Positions 1-13,289 of a stretch of DNA of 64,000 bases are shown piece by piece; position 1 is the first letter of the stretch, and the number at the start of each line of letters is the position of its first letter. The position numbers and the translations under genes are program-made. The DNA is from Octopus vulgaris (Eukaryota). The notes beneath the pieces are model-generated. The model was not told where the DNA came from. It made no database searches and saw nothing but the letters and a program-made list of their open reading frames with translations. The stretch is taken from the NCBI GenBank assembly GCA_951406725.2, contig OX597818.1:58280001-58344000 (forward strand). The letters run 5' to 3'.

Positions 1-24
1 TGTATGTGTATATATGTATGTGCG

Positions 25-85
<61 letters not shown>

Positions 86-96
86 GTATGTGTGTG

Positions 97-781
97 TATA
101 TTGACAGGGCAAGACTGCTAGGTAGTCGGCCGCATGCTAGAAATAGATCATCAACTATCAAACTAAACGAAAGTTCTCTAGAGGAAAAATTCAGCGAACA
201 CCAGAAACAAATTGGGTGGCCAGGACAGATGAAAATTTATATAAAACAGAATTAATTGCATACCTCGGTTTCGGCCTTTAACAAAAGAATTACTTACATA
301 ATTCAAATGTCCGTGGCCTCATCAGTACAATCCTTCAGTGTAAATGCAATCCGCAAAATTAACCCCAGCTTTCTGTGCCAAAACAGTCGCGTGTTTAGTT
401 TTACCGATTACATTAGGGATAAAATTTCCTAGTTCCGGCGCGCTAAAAGATTACTAAAGCGAAGAACTGCAGTAAATAATTCACTGCGGTTAGTGCTTGC
501 TACTAGAGAACGTATTTATTTCAATATTTAAATAATGAGGGAGATAAATTAATATTAATTTTAATATCAATTTAAAACCAGTAGTCTAGCATACAAAAAA
601 TCGGAAAAATCAGGGAAAATTCTAATACATGTATATATTGACAGGGCAAGACTGCTAGGTAGTCAGCCGCAACCTAGAAATAGATCATCAACGATCAAAC
701 TACAACGAAAGTTCTCTAGAGGGAAAATTCAGCGAACACCAGATTTGGCGGGCAGGACAGATGAAAATTTATATAAAACAG

Positions 782-786
<5 letters not shown>
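97..786 (-). mobile_element. Retrozyme/Penelope-pLTR-like partial tandem element (~535-bp unit plus ~155-bp terminal repeat) inserted in (TA)n
   Basis: 97-254 is directly repeated at 634-786 (tatattgacagggcaagactgctaggtagtc...ataaaacagaatta). A hammerhead lies between the copies and TA microsatellites flank both ends. Confidence 0.75.
255..331 (-). ncRNA. Type I minimal hammerhead ribozyme
   Basis: Minus strand: attgta-CTGATGA-ggcc...ggcc-GAAA-c-cgag-g-TA-tgcaat. Full catalytic core, stems I and II pair, GUA cleavage triplet. Confidence 0.85.
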
Positions 787-820
<34 letters not shown>

Positions 821-1014
821 AATTAAGATTTGAGAACATAATCTTTTGTGGAGAATGGCGATTTGACGTCTATATCTAGCATGATGACTGTCCACTCTTC
901 GTGTTCAGTCCTTAATTGGTATATATAAATATTTAATCTTCGGATTCTTTTTTTAATATGCTAGACCACTGGTTTTAATTGATAAATATTGATTTCTACC
1001 CTTAATTAATTAAT

Positions 1015-1042
1015 TATATATATATATATGTATTCATATATA

Positions 1043-1117
<75 letters not shown>

Positions 1118-1208
1118 ATATATATATATGTATATATGTATATATATGTATATATATATGTATGTATATATATATATATGTATATATATATGTATATATA
1201 TATGTATA

Positions 1209-1277
<69 letters not shown>
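1015..1277. repeat. (TA)n/(TATG)n compound microsatellite, representative of dozens in the window
   Basis: Directly visible; source of the YIYIYI ORFs. Confidence 0.97.
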
Positions 1278-1279
<2 letters not shown>

Positions 1280-1674
1280 TGCCAATATTTATGATCAGAA
1301 TGAAACACAGATTTGTATTACAATATTATATAATAAACTGAGAGCATTGGTTTCGCATCTTACGCTTATCAAACTTCCAAATTCTCAGATTTTTAAAATT
1401 TAATTATGGAGACGCCATTTGTTTTTTGCGTCCCGATAGTTTAACAAAAATTCTCTCTTTACTGAAACATTGAAAAAACGGAGAATAAAGAAACATATGA
1501 CATGCACTAGACGGAAATTGAATGGATATAACTTGGTCAAGCCCTAGGTTCGATAATCATAGGAATGAGGAGTCAAACGTGGGTCATGTGTTAGCATGCA
1601 TATATAAAAATTTACAAAATGAGACAAAATTATCCAACGATGTAAATAGTTTTCAGAAGATTTATAAAGAAAAG

Positions 1675-1722
1675 GTCTTACAGCTGTTTCCAGGATATTT
1701 TATATATTCCTCCATCAGAGAC
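1675..1722 (-). ncRNA. Hammerhead ribozyme motif (one core substitution)
   Basis: gtct-CTGATGG-agga...tcct-g-GAAAC-agct-GTA-agac; palindromic stem III. Confidence 0.6.
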
Positions 1723-1790
1723 AGTGCGAGAAAATATCTGAGTATTAGTTCTTGTCTACAATAATTGATACTCAAACATTTTCTCGCGCC

Positions 1791-1838
1791 GTCTCTGATG
1801 AAGAGATATATAAAACATCACGGAAACAGTTGTAAGAA
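1791..1838 (+). ncRNA. Hammerhead ribozyme motif (degraded stem II)
   Basis: gtct-CTGATGA-agagatat...atcacg-GAAAC-agtt-GTA-agaa. Confidence 0.6.
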
Positions 1839-1911
1839 CATTTCTTTATAAATTTTTGGAAATCAATTTACAGTCTTGGATTATTATCTCATTCTGTCAA
1901 TTTATGTATCC

Positions 1912-1948
<37 letters not shown>

Positions 1949-1949
1949 A

Positions 1950-2150
1950 AGTTAATCCAAACAAGAAAGCACAAAAAAAACACAACAACGCGAGGACGTG
2001 GAACAAATATAGTATTATTGGACGCTCAGGAAAGAAGGGAAGAAGGAGGGTTTAACGTTTCGAGCGCAGCTTTTCGTTGGAAACATAGGAGAAGGAAAGA
2101 TCTAAAGAAGGGAAGACAGATGAAAAAAGAAATCGCCAACGGTACACAGT
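1950..2150 (-). mobile_element. TA-associated short element with ultra-minimal hammerhead-like motif (2050-2084); same family at 42098-42260 and, degraded, 21185-21300
   Basis: Minus strand gttt-ccaacga-aaagc..gctc-GAAACGTTA-aac; clear similarity to 42098-42260. Confidence 0.5.
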
Positions 2151-2159
2151 GGATCACTG

Positions 2160-2578
2160 ATGTTTTAAAGTCATTGTTTAATTAAATTAGGAATGTGTTT
2201 ACGGCTGTTTCTATTTATCAAGATGGGATAAATTTGCAATCACCTCGTTACAATTGATAAGCATCTTAAGAATGATTATATGGAGATATGAAAGTCACTA
2301 AATCTAAGACTATGGATTTAACGAACTCTCTTCACTCTTATCATCCTACTAACACTTAGAATTATATAGGCAGCTGAAATGTATGTCTATTGCTTTAACG
2401 AACACTTTTCCTTCTTGTTCTTCTATTTTTACCTTCTATTTTTTCCATCTATTTTTACTTTGCTGTTCTGAAGATGTTTATCAATTCTAACGAAGTAAAA
2501 GCAAATTTACTTCATTTTTATTGAGAGAAACAGCTGTAAACATAGTCAAAATTTAATTAACCAATCATTTTAAAACAC
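2160..2578. mobile_element. Diverged foldback element with hammerhead motifs at 2196-2274 (-) and 2464-2542 (+)
   Basis: 2160-2274 is the diverged reverse complement of 2464-2578. Confidence 0.65.
2464..2542 (+). ncRNA. Type I hammerhead ribozyme motif
   Basis: tgtt-CTGAAGA-...tcaat...attga..-GAAAC-agct-GTA-aaca. Confidence 0.65.
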
Positions 2579-2889
2579 CAATAATCCACTTCTCATTGTT
2601 AATAAGTGTACCATTACTTATCGTCTCTTTATATATTAAACCACGGTTTTATCTTTAAATTGCCTACTAGCGTATACCGTATACCATATTACCATAGAAC
2701 TGCACCTAGAAAGATCCCCTCCAAGATACATTGCTCGAGAACAAAGTGTACGTACGCCACTTTGTTCTGAAACGTATGTATATTGAGTCCTACATCAGAT
2801 AATTAATCTGGCAATGCCCAAGCAAAATACATACATACATAATACAGACACACATACACACACAAAGACACACAGACATATGTATATAT

Positions 2890-3577
2890 ATGATTAGGGT
2901 TCAGTAAAAAAATTTACTTTACCACACACCGAACTTTTAGAAATAGCAGCCCAAAAAATTTTAGCTATTTCCTCTAGTATAAGAAAAGTCTCCCAGACAA
3001 TATATACTCAAATATAATTCACGTAGGTATAGAGGGAAAAATAACGAAAGATCACACGTACATCAATTACTTGAGAACGCCGTTTCTGGATTAGTTAGAT
3101 ATAGAGATGCTAGAAATACATACCTATATCAACATTCCTGTCATCAGCCCAAGATTTCGTTAAGTTTAAAATTGAGAGCACTAAAAATTGAACATACCCG
3201 TCTGATATGAGTAATACCAGACAAACCATCTTCGACCGCCAGCACTAACGAATACAAAAAGTACGAATGAGGCTTTGTATCCTTCCTCGTCCACCCACGT
3301 GAGTTATAGAGCAACAAGTCCCTACAGAGGGATCTGTAGTTTAATATCGTGGATAGAAAATTATATTGTCAATAATAAAAGGGTAAAATTAATTAATTAC
3401 TAATTAATAATTTTACCAAGTAGTGTTCAGTATGTAAAAAGACCATTTACGGTATATTTAAAATATTACGTTATATGATTATATGATTAGGTTTAAGTTC
3501 GGTGTGTGGTAAAGTAATATTTTTTACTGAACCCTAATCATATGGTCTTTTAACATACTGAACACTACTTGGTAAAG

Positions 3578-3580
<3 letters not shown>
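2890..3580. mobile_element. TA-embedded element with nested inverted repeats and an internal hammerhead
   Basis: 2892-2937 inverted at 3494-3543; ~3408-3447 inverted at ~3541-3580. End sequence also occurs at 4642-4890 and 42500-42595. Confidence 0.65.
3070..3153 (-). ncRNA. Type I hammerhead ribozyme
   Basis: cttggg-CTGATGA-cagga...tcca-GAAAC-ggc-GTT-ctcaag; 6-bp stem I. Confidence 0.7.
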
Positions 3581-3647
<67 letters not shown>

Positions 3648-3934
3648 TAATAGTTTGAGAGAATATTATTCCTAACTTACAGGGAAAAATTCAATTTAGA
3701 AATACTAAATCAAATTTCACAAATTATAATATATATATATATATATTATATATATAATAATTAGAAAAAAACCCACCTTTTATCAATTCAAAATACTACC
3801 AAATATATACGTTTTGTTTATTATTTTGTACATTACTTAATCATCGGTATATTATTGTTACTTTATATATCATATTTCTATTATATGTAATTTTCTAGAT
3901 GGTGTAATTTAATTGTTCATTATACTCAATAAAC

Positions 3935-3977
<43 letters not shown>

Positions 3978-4008
3978 AATTGTTCATTATACTCAATATA
4001 TGTATATA

Positions 4009-4069
<61 letters not shown>

Positions 4070-4472
4070 TTGTGTGTGCGTGTGTGTGTATATATATCGC
4101 TGTATATCTTACAATCTATGTCAGTTTTTTTGTTCGTCTTACAGCAGCGCACAATCGTCTTACTGTACCGCATACTGTATGATAAGATTCACCTCTAGCT
4201 TCCGAACGTTCGACGCATTCGGAGTAAAACTTGTCGACGGGGACTATGAAATAGCATATTTATCTTAGCATTTGCTGTATGCCATTACTCAAAAACCCAG
4301 AGTTAATGAATTTACTATCGCTTACATAGACGAAATAAATGCTGATCATGGAAAAACCCTGTGGCTGATGTCATTGAAATAATAGCTTGAAGGCGACGCC
4401 CACGTCAAGGCAAGAACAAAGTGATGGAATCGAACGAAATAACAACAGAAGAAACTATGTAAGTGTGGGCGT

Positions 4473-4514
<42 letters not shown>

Positions 4515-4641
4515 ATATCTATATATATATATATAAATAATAAAGGGTGAAATTAATTAATTAATTTAGAAATAATCATTAATTTCACCAAGTAGAGTTC
4601 GGCATGTAAAAGCCCCATTCTAGGAAGGTTTAAGTAATACA

Positions 4642-4886
4642 AAGTAATTAAGGGTTTAGCAACGATTTGCCTCACCACACACCGAATTTAGAAATAGTAG
4701 TCAAAAAATTTTGGGTATTCTTTCTACTTAAAAGGGATTTCCTTCTCTTTTGCCTGCGTCGTTTGCCTTTTAAGTGCTTTGGTTTTACTGGGATCTCCCT
4801 TTTAAGTAGAAAGAATAGCCAAACCTTTTTGACTGCTATTTCTAAATTCGGTGTGTGGTGAGGCAAATCATTGCTAAACCCTTAAT

Positions 4887-4890
<4 letters not shown>
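4642..4890. repeat. Foldback with ~100-bp arms, same family as the 2890-3580 termini
   Basis: 4642-4742 is the reverse complement of 4791-4890, which explains the mirror-image ORFs 4667+ and 4672-. Confidence 0.9.
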
Positions 4891-4930
<40 letters not shown>

Positions 4931-5298
4931 CATTCACGTGTCTGTGTGTATTTAAAGATAGAGCCAAAGAGAGAAACCGATCGGAAGACAGATAGATGAC
5001 GCCATGCACATATAGATACAGAATTCAAATACGGATAGCTTCAGTACCTTCTTCACATGCACGAATACATATGCGGTACACATACACAAATACTCCCGAA
5101 TATGCACTCACACTCCAAATAAATACATACATACATACATACATACACACATACATACATACACACACACACACAAATATATATATATTATATATATATA
5201 TATAAGTTCAGTAAAATTTAGATTCAGTTGAATATGGTACTTAAGTTAAAGGCACCAGAATTTAGTATGGTATTATCCATATAAATCAAATGGGGTGA

Positions 5299-5370
5299 TT
5301 ATAATCAAAATAAGCAACAACGATATCCAGAGTTAATCTCTGGATATCCTTGTTGCTTATTTTGATTATA
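5299..5370. repeat. 33-bp hairpin at the end of a TA-embedded element (family of 7727-8460 and 42661-42900)
   Basis: tataatcaaaataagcaacaacgatatccagag-ttaat-ctctggatatccttgttgcttattttgattata. Confidence 0.85.
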
Positions 5371-6093
5371 TATATATATATATATATTACATAAGCGTAC
5401 ACACGGATATATGCAGAGGAGAGGAGATAGCATGTATGGGAACTGTGATGGAAAAGACTTAAATGAGAAATGACATTAACTGCTTTTGTGCGCATGCCTC
5501 AATATTTTTCACTTTACCATTGTGCCTTAAATATTATATCTACAAATTATATTTTCACCAATATTTCGTTGTCATGCGTTAGACTTTGTCAATTTATGAT
5601 ATTTATTGACTGAACTCTCACTGCTGGGCTTGGTAATATTACCTACAAGAAATAAGTTCTATTAATCCTTTGCCTTTTCAGCGCATTTTATACGTTTTTC
5701 CTGAACGTTCGTGATTTTATTCAGATTTTGATTTAGCTCTTGTTTCATAGATTGTGAGTAATTCCAGGGGTTCCTTTTAAAAGTCCACATTTTCACTGGC
5801 TGTTGGGAGAAATTTGAAATGAGCATCATATAAAATTCATTAATGTCAGGAGAAAATATATTCTGTGTATCATACACTTGATACAGGGACACGTAAAGGG
5901 TTAAATTATGTGTAACCCGTATTTACAATAAGATCGCTAGACTTCGATTTCTTGGAATAACTTTTCAGAAAACTATACTCTGGCTTTATGATGGTTGTAC
6001 ATTCACCAAATAACATTGATAATCACTTTCTATAACCACATATATACATAAGAATTTTAATTCAGTCAAGTAAATATATGTGAATGTTATTCT

Positions 6094-6509
6094 TATTTCT
6101 TTGCTGCCCACGAGGGGCTACAGACAGAGGGGACAAACAAGAACAGATAGAGGGATTAAGTCGATTACATCGACTTTAGTGCATAACCGGTACTTAATTT
6201 ATCAACCCCCGAACGGATGAAAGGCAAAGTCGACCTCGGCGGAATTTGAACCCAGAACGTAGCGGCAGACGAAATACTTATTTCTTTAGTATCCACTATG
6301 GGCTAAACACAGAGAGGAAAAACAAGGACAGACAAACGGATTAAGTCGATTATATCGACTCCAGTGCGTAACTGGTTCTTATTTAATCGACCCCGAAAGG
6401 ATGAAAGGCAAAGTCGACCTCGGCGGAATTTGAACTCAGTACGTAACGGTAGACGAAATACCACTAAGCATTTCGCCCGGCGTGCTAACGTTTCTACCAC
6501 CTCGCCGCC
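6094..6509 (-). mobile_element. SINE family B (tRNA-like head, Meta/Sauria-like central domain), tandem dimer
   Basis: B-box gagttcaaattcc and gcctttcatcctttcggggtcgat domain present twice; many copies in the window. Confidence 0.85.
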
Positions 6510-7257
6510 TTGTGAATGTTCTTCTTAGTGACAATCATGTCATGCGTGGCATCTCTGCCTTATACGTGCAAACGTTACGATAACGGATGATTCTTTCGGA
6601 TAGGATACCATTTATGCCACGTAATATTCTAGTTACGATTATGCATTCGAAACACATTTTCTTTAACTAATGTGGTATCAAAAATTTTGTAGAATATTTC
6701 CTAGATAAATAATTCCAAAAAGGATTGAAATGTGAATTTTGTATTTGAAATTATGTATATTTACACATTTAACAGAAGAGTCGAAAAGGAAAAAAGAAAT
6801 TTATTTCATTACCTACTTAAACGAAAGTTATTCAAATGAAAGCGATATAAACTCAGCTTCTATAACACTTGTTGTGAGAGACAGTTTGACTCCTTGCTTC
6901 TAGAAATAATATGCTGGAACTATAACTGAAGCTCCAGCACACCATTAATAGGAACAGAGAACCAGAGATTTTGCATTTCCATTTTCAGCAAATTGCTAGG
7001 ATATTGAAATTATTTCGGTAAATATATTTGGGATTAAAGAGAAAGATATACGGGAAAGAGTTTAAATAAATTTTGCCGAGCAAGATTTCCTTAAAATACC
7101 CCATGTAACATGATAAAAAAAAACATAAAAATCGCATTCATCATAGATAAAATATTTACAGGAGGTGCAGATGAGGGCAGCTGCATCAAACTCTCTCATG
7201 CACCAAATGTCAATTGCTAAAAAGCATTCGTGAAGTAAAATCATGTAGCAACACCGA

Positions 7258-7320
7258 ATGGCAGTGCCCCAGCATGGCCACGGCTCGTGAGCTGAAACTA
7301 GATAAAATGAAAATAAAAAA
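7258..7320 (+). mobile_element. Isolated LINE/SINE 3' tail fragment; same type at 63812-63871 (-)
   Basis: ggcagtgccccagcatggccacggctcgtgagctgaaac plus A-rich tail, similar to the 3' end of family A and the LINE at 41498. Confidence 0.6.
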
Positions 7321-7340
7321 TGATATATATAAATATATAT

Positions 7341-7671
7341 GGCTCAGTGGTTAGAGCGTCGAGCTTACGATCGTGAGGTTGTGAGCTCGAATCCCGGACG
7401 GGGCTGCGTGTTGTGTTCTTGAGCAAGGCACTTTATTTCACGTTGCTCCAGTTCACTCAGCTGTAGAAATGAGTTGCGACGTCACAGGTGCCAAGCTGTA
7501 TCGGCCCTTGCCTTTCCCTTGGACAACATCGGTGACGTGGAGAGGGGAGGCCGGTATGCATGGGCGACTGCTGGTCTTCCATAAAACAACCTTGCCCAGA
7601 CTTGTGCCTCAGAGGGTATCTCTCTAGGTGCAAACCCATGGTCAGTGCCTGACCGAAGGGGGTCTTTACCC

Positions 7672-7672
<1 letters not shown>
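7341..7672 (+). mobile_element. SINE family D (tRNA-derived head, V-SINE-like ttgagcaaggcactt segment)
   Basis: A-box ggctcagtggttagagc and B-box-like gagctcgaatccc; related copies at 8918, 22400 and 31700. Confidence 0.8.
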
Positions 7673-7732
<60 letters not shown>

Positions 7733-7761
7733 CGAGAATGAAGCAACAAGAATGGATAGGT

Positions 7762-7851
7762 TTTTAGTACAATCGTTTCATACAAGGACAGGTTTTATTA
7801 AAAGTTGCAAAATTACAGCATATAAACGTGTCCCGTACTCATCAGCTAAAA
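7762..7851 (-). ncRNA. Type I hammerhead ribozyme (mirror copy)
   Basis: Reverse complement of 8222-8312. Confidence 0.8.
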
Positions 7852-8221
7852 TACATGTGAGTTCTCTAGACATCCTAGTGGTTGAGGCTATACTCATGAA
7901 GTAATGTAGATAATTAAGTAACATAAACAGATTTCAAAAGTTCATTAAAGTTCTTTAAAGATGATGTACAGTCTTATCACAGAATTTTAAAAAAGTATTA
8001 ACAGCATCACAGAGAAGGTGACCCAATCCATATGTGCACTATGGATTGGGTCACCTTCTCTGTGATGCTGTTAAGACTTTTTTTAAAATTCTGTGATAAG
8101 ACTGTACATCATCTTTAAAGAACTTTAATGAACTTTTGAAATCTGTTTATGTTACTTAATTATCTACATTACTTCATGAGTATAGCCTCAACCACTAGGA
8201 TGTCTAGAGAACTCACATGTA

Positions 8222-8312
8222 TTTTAGCTGATGAGTACGGGACACGTTTATATGCTGTAATTTTTGCAACTTTTAATAAAACCTGTCCTTGTATGAAACG
8301 ATTGTACTAAAA
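8222..8312 (+). ncRNA. Type I hammerhead ribozyme
   Basis: ttttag-CTGATGA-gtacgggaca...tgtccttgtat-GAAAC-gatt-GTA-ctaaaa. Confidence 0.85.
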
Positions 8313-8453
8313 ACCTATCCATTCTTGTTGCTTCATTCTCGCTTATAATCACCCCACATTACTGTATTGTTAAATCAGTATAGTTTTTTTGGTGCATCTA
8401 AGTTAGGTACCATATTCAAGTAAATTCATTTAAATTAACTTGAATCTTTATTG

Positions 8454-8515
<62 letters not shown>

Positions 8516-8795
8516 AACCCATGCTGGTGATTTATACATATGTGTATAAATGTATAGCAGATGTGTATACGTAAAGTAGATGTACATTACGATTGCTATA
8601 AAACTGTGGTATTTGACCTGAGAAAGCATATCACATAAATGTATAGTGGTTAAAAGCACAAAGTATTAGCAGCGAACAAAATTTAAGAAGCTATAGCGGT
8701 GAAACGTGAAGTTCACGTGATTTCAGCGTATTTGTACTTCATCAACAGAAGATATCGACTCTCACAGCATGCTGTACTGATATGTACCTATATAA

Positions 8796-9210
<415 letters not shown>

Positions 9211-9388
9211 TACAAACGCTGATATACATATACATACATGGGTATATATACATATATATATATATCCATGTATGTATACAAAGTTAAAGAAGTGATTTTA
9301 ATATCCCAAACGCAGGTTCAACGCTTCTAAAGCAAACTTCATTTGTTTCTTTACGTTCATCGTAATTAGAATTTAATATATATATATA

Positions 9389-9898
9389 CTAGCAGTATCG
9401 CCCGGCGTTGCTCGGGTTTGTAAGGGAAATAACTATATAAGCATTTTTAGAGAGTTACTTCCCTTATAGATGCCAATTCGGGCTTTCTTAGCCATTTCTC
9501 TTTTGGTGTCTTCAAGCCATGAAGTCGTTGTTCTAAAAGAACGCTGGTCTCCTTGACAACGCATTACGACGTTGATTTCTTTACACTCCCTTCCCCACAG
9601 CTTCACGAGGGAGGGAAGGGGGAGAAGCAAACAGGTGCAGCTGTGACCATGGACGCCAACTCCGTCGCCATCGACACACGAACAATTATGCATTAAAATG
9701 GAATAAAAAATGATGTTAAATTATTTTTAAAATCGTAGACTCATCGTAGACGTGCGCTAATACACAGACGGGCTCGATATGAATCACGACTATAAGATAC
9801 CCGAATTTGGTTAAACTGCACCGCAAAATGTGGGAGTAGTTAGGAATCTAAATCGAAGGGGACATACACTCACACAACTACAGTTTTATATATATAGA
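9389..9898 (-). mobile_element. Non-autonomous Helitron
   Basis: Minus strand 5'-TC...hairpin cccgagcaacgccggg...CTAG-3', inserted between A and T, no TSD; four copies. Confidence 0.85.
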
Positions 9899-9994
9899 TA
9901 TATATATAAATTAGAAAAAAATCCACCTTTTATATATATATTATATTTTGTGAAATTTGATTTAGTATTTCTAAATTTGGAATAATATTCCCTC

Positions 9995-10111
<117 letters not shown>

Positions 10112-10610
10112 GTATACATATATATGTGTGTGTATGTGTGAGTTTGTGTGAAAAGTTGAATGTGATTTCTCCTTTAATTGGAGTGGTTTCGAAACAAGAT
10201 TTGTAACGTTGATTCTTCATACTTTGTTGTGAATTTACTGGTGTAAATCGGCGTAGATATGCAACGTTGTATTAGTATATGAAGTGTATGATTAAGTGAT
10301 ACAACTTAATTCTATAATTTCATATATATATATTAACCTAACACGGAAGGACACGCGCAATTATATGGGTGGAATAGTTATTGCATCTGAAAAATTACAA
10401 AATTAAAACTGTAATATTTCATTTGGGTATAGTATCTATCATGCATCGCAACCGGTTTCAATCAGACGAATCTCATGAAATGAATATTAGAATGTTGTTC
10501 GATGGAATATTAGCGTAATCTGTCTTCCCATCTCTTTCCAGTACACACACACACACACACACATACATACATACATACATACACACACAGACACACACAC
10601 ATATATATAT

Positions 10611-11082
<472 letters not shown>

Positions 11083-11481
11083 TATATAAGTGTACACACA
11101 GACATATACAGTGGAGAAGAGAATGCATGTGACGGAATTGTGAATAAGAAAACTGAAGTGGGAAATGACGTTTACTACTTTTGTGAGCATGCGTGGATAT
11201 TTTCAACTTAACTTTAGTGCGCATGCTTCAACAAGCTGCTACACTTTCACTTGTATGTTTGTTTTGCTTCTATGGCTATTTCCTCATTTTATCTTCACAG
11301 GAAACGAATCAGTTTAGAATGGAAGTTAAAAAAAATATCTCATACATGTAAATACAATACTACAGATGTACTTATGTTTTTTTTTTATCTTTTAATATCC
11401 GAAAGAGTTTACAATAATAAATTTAGAGTTTTTCTGTATTTTTGCCTACAACAGATATACATGCACACACACACACACACG

Positions 11482-11550
<69 letters not shown>

Positions 11551-12254
11551 GTCAACATGATGTTCTTGATTTTGCTTGGAATATGTAGAACGAAACTGAA
11601 AACAATCGAAATAGCAATATAATATTTGCACAAATTCATTTCCTTTTCATTACGCAACGAAGACGTCTCCTTGCGGACTTTGTTTAGACAAACCTAATCC
11701 TACATCGAGCAAATCCAAAACAAATAAGCTTTAGGAAACCAACGATCAAATATCTTGGATCTTGTTTTGTTAAACTTATTAATACGAAAGATGCATTCAA
11801 GTGAAAAACAATGGACGAAGAGCTCACACTTTGCACTGATATTAGCTTGTTGGAAGATAATCCTCAATCTTTGTCAGTTGTATGTGGATTTTAATTGATA
11901 TACAACAATATTTTAAACATGAACACACACATACATACGCTATGATGCTCGCTCACACACATAATGTACTTATAGATGCGTTTATGTACGTCTTCACACA
12001 CAAACGCACACAAATATAGAAATACATATAGCCTTTGTGTGTCAGGGAATATTTATCACCAGCCACATATTTATTTCCTTTAAAATGTTTATATAAAGAT
12101 TACATATTCAAATCAATGTCTCCTTACGCGCTACAAGTATTTACATCGAGGTTTATATTGCGAAACAGTTTATCACACAGTGTCAGCCATATGCAGGTAT
12201 GTAGTTCAGGTGACAATAGTTAACAGCCATCCTTCACCATAAATAATTCCCCGC

Positions 12255-12856
12255 AGGTGGCGAGCTGGCAGAAACGCTAGCCACGCCGGGCGAAATGCAT
12301 AGCCGTATTTCGTCTGCCGTTACGTTCTGAGTTCAAATTCCACCGAGGTCGAATTTGCCTTTCATCCTTACGTGGTCGATAGATTAAGTACCAGTTACGC
12401 ACTGGGGTCGATGTAATCGACGTAATCCGTTTGTCTGTCATAGTTTGTCCCCTCTTTGTTTAGCCCCTTGTGGGTAGCAAAGAAATAGGTATTTCATCTG
12501 TCGTTACGTTCTGAGTTCAAATTCCGCCGAGGCTGACTTTGCCTTTCATCCTGTCGGGGTCGATTAAATAAGTACTAGTTATGCGCTGGGGTCGATGTAA
12601 TCGACTTAATCCGTTTCTCTGTCATTGTTTGTCCGCTCTGTGTTTAGCCCCTTGTGGGTAGTAAAGAAATAGATATTTCGTCTGCCGTTACGTTCTGAGT
12701 TCAAATTCTGCCGAGGTCGACTTTGCCTTGCATCCTTTCGGGGTCGATAAATTAAGTACTAGTTATGCGCTGGGGTCGACTTAATCGACTTAATCCCTTT
12801 GTCTGTCCTTGTTTGTCCCATCTATGTTTAGCCCCTTCTGGGCAATAAAGAAATAA
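12255..12856 (+). mobile_element. SINE family B tandem trimer
   Basis: One head followed by three ~185-bp units joined at aaagaaata-g(g/a)tatttc. Confidence 0.88.
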
Positions 12857-12921
12857 TAAATAAAAAAATGAATAAATCCCCGCATAATAACCAGTTTGTC
12901 AATTGTTTACTGCAAAAAAAG

Positions 12922-13133
12922 GGCCGCGAGCTGGCAGAAACTTTAGCACGCCGGGTGAAATGCTTAGCGATAGTTTGTCAGCCGCTACGTTCTGAGTTCA
13001 AATTCCGCCGAGGTCGATTTTGCCTTTAATCCTTTCGGGCTCGATTAAATTAGTACCAGTTCTGTAGTGGGATCGATGTAATCGACTTAATCCGATTGTC
13101 TGTCCTTGTTTGTTCCCTCTATGTTTAGCCCCT
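12922..13133 (+). mobile_element. SINE family B
   Basis: gcgagctggcagaaac...gagttcaaattccgccgaggtcga. Confidence 0.85.
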
Positions 13134-13289
13134 AAAAAATTGTTTACTGCGAAATATTCGCAGAAAAAGTTGTATAAGTGAAAAAAAAAGAGCATACACA
13201 TATTTAAATACGCAGATACACACACATACACACTTACTATCTTTGCCTCTCTCTCTCCTCTCTTTCTCTTTCCCTCTCACACACACATA

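Larger units (their letters stand above)
1608..1903. mobile_element. Head-to-head foldback element with one hammerhead per arm
   Basis: 1608-1750 is the diverged reverse complement of 1763-1903. Confidence 0.75.
7727..8460. mobile_element. Near-perfect foldback with ~305-bp arms (7727-8346) carrying two hammerheads, flanked by (TA)n
   Basis: 7727-8032 is the reverse complement of 8040-8346 with few differences; 7-nt spacer; unique 3' extension to ~8460. Confidence 0.9.

Noticed and set aside
12255-12856. CRISPR-like regular repeats
   Set aside because: Whole ~185-bp units repeat with no unique spacers; a eukaryotic SINE multimer.
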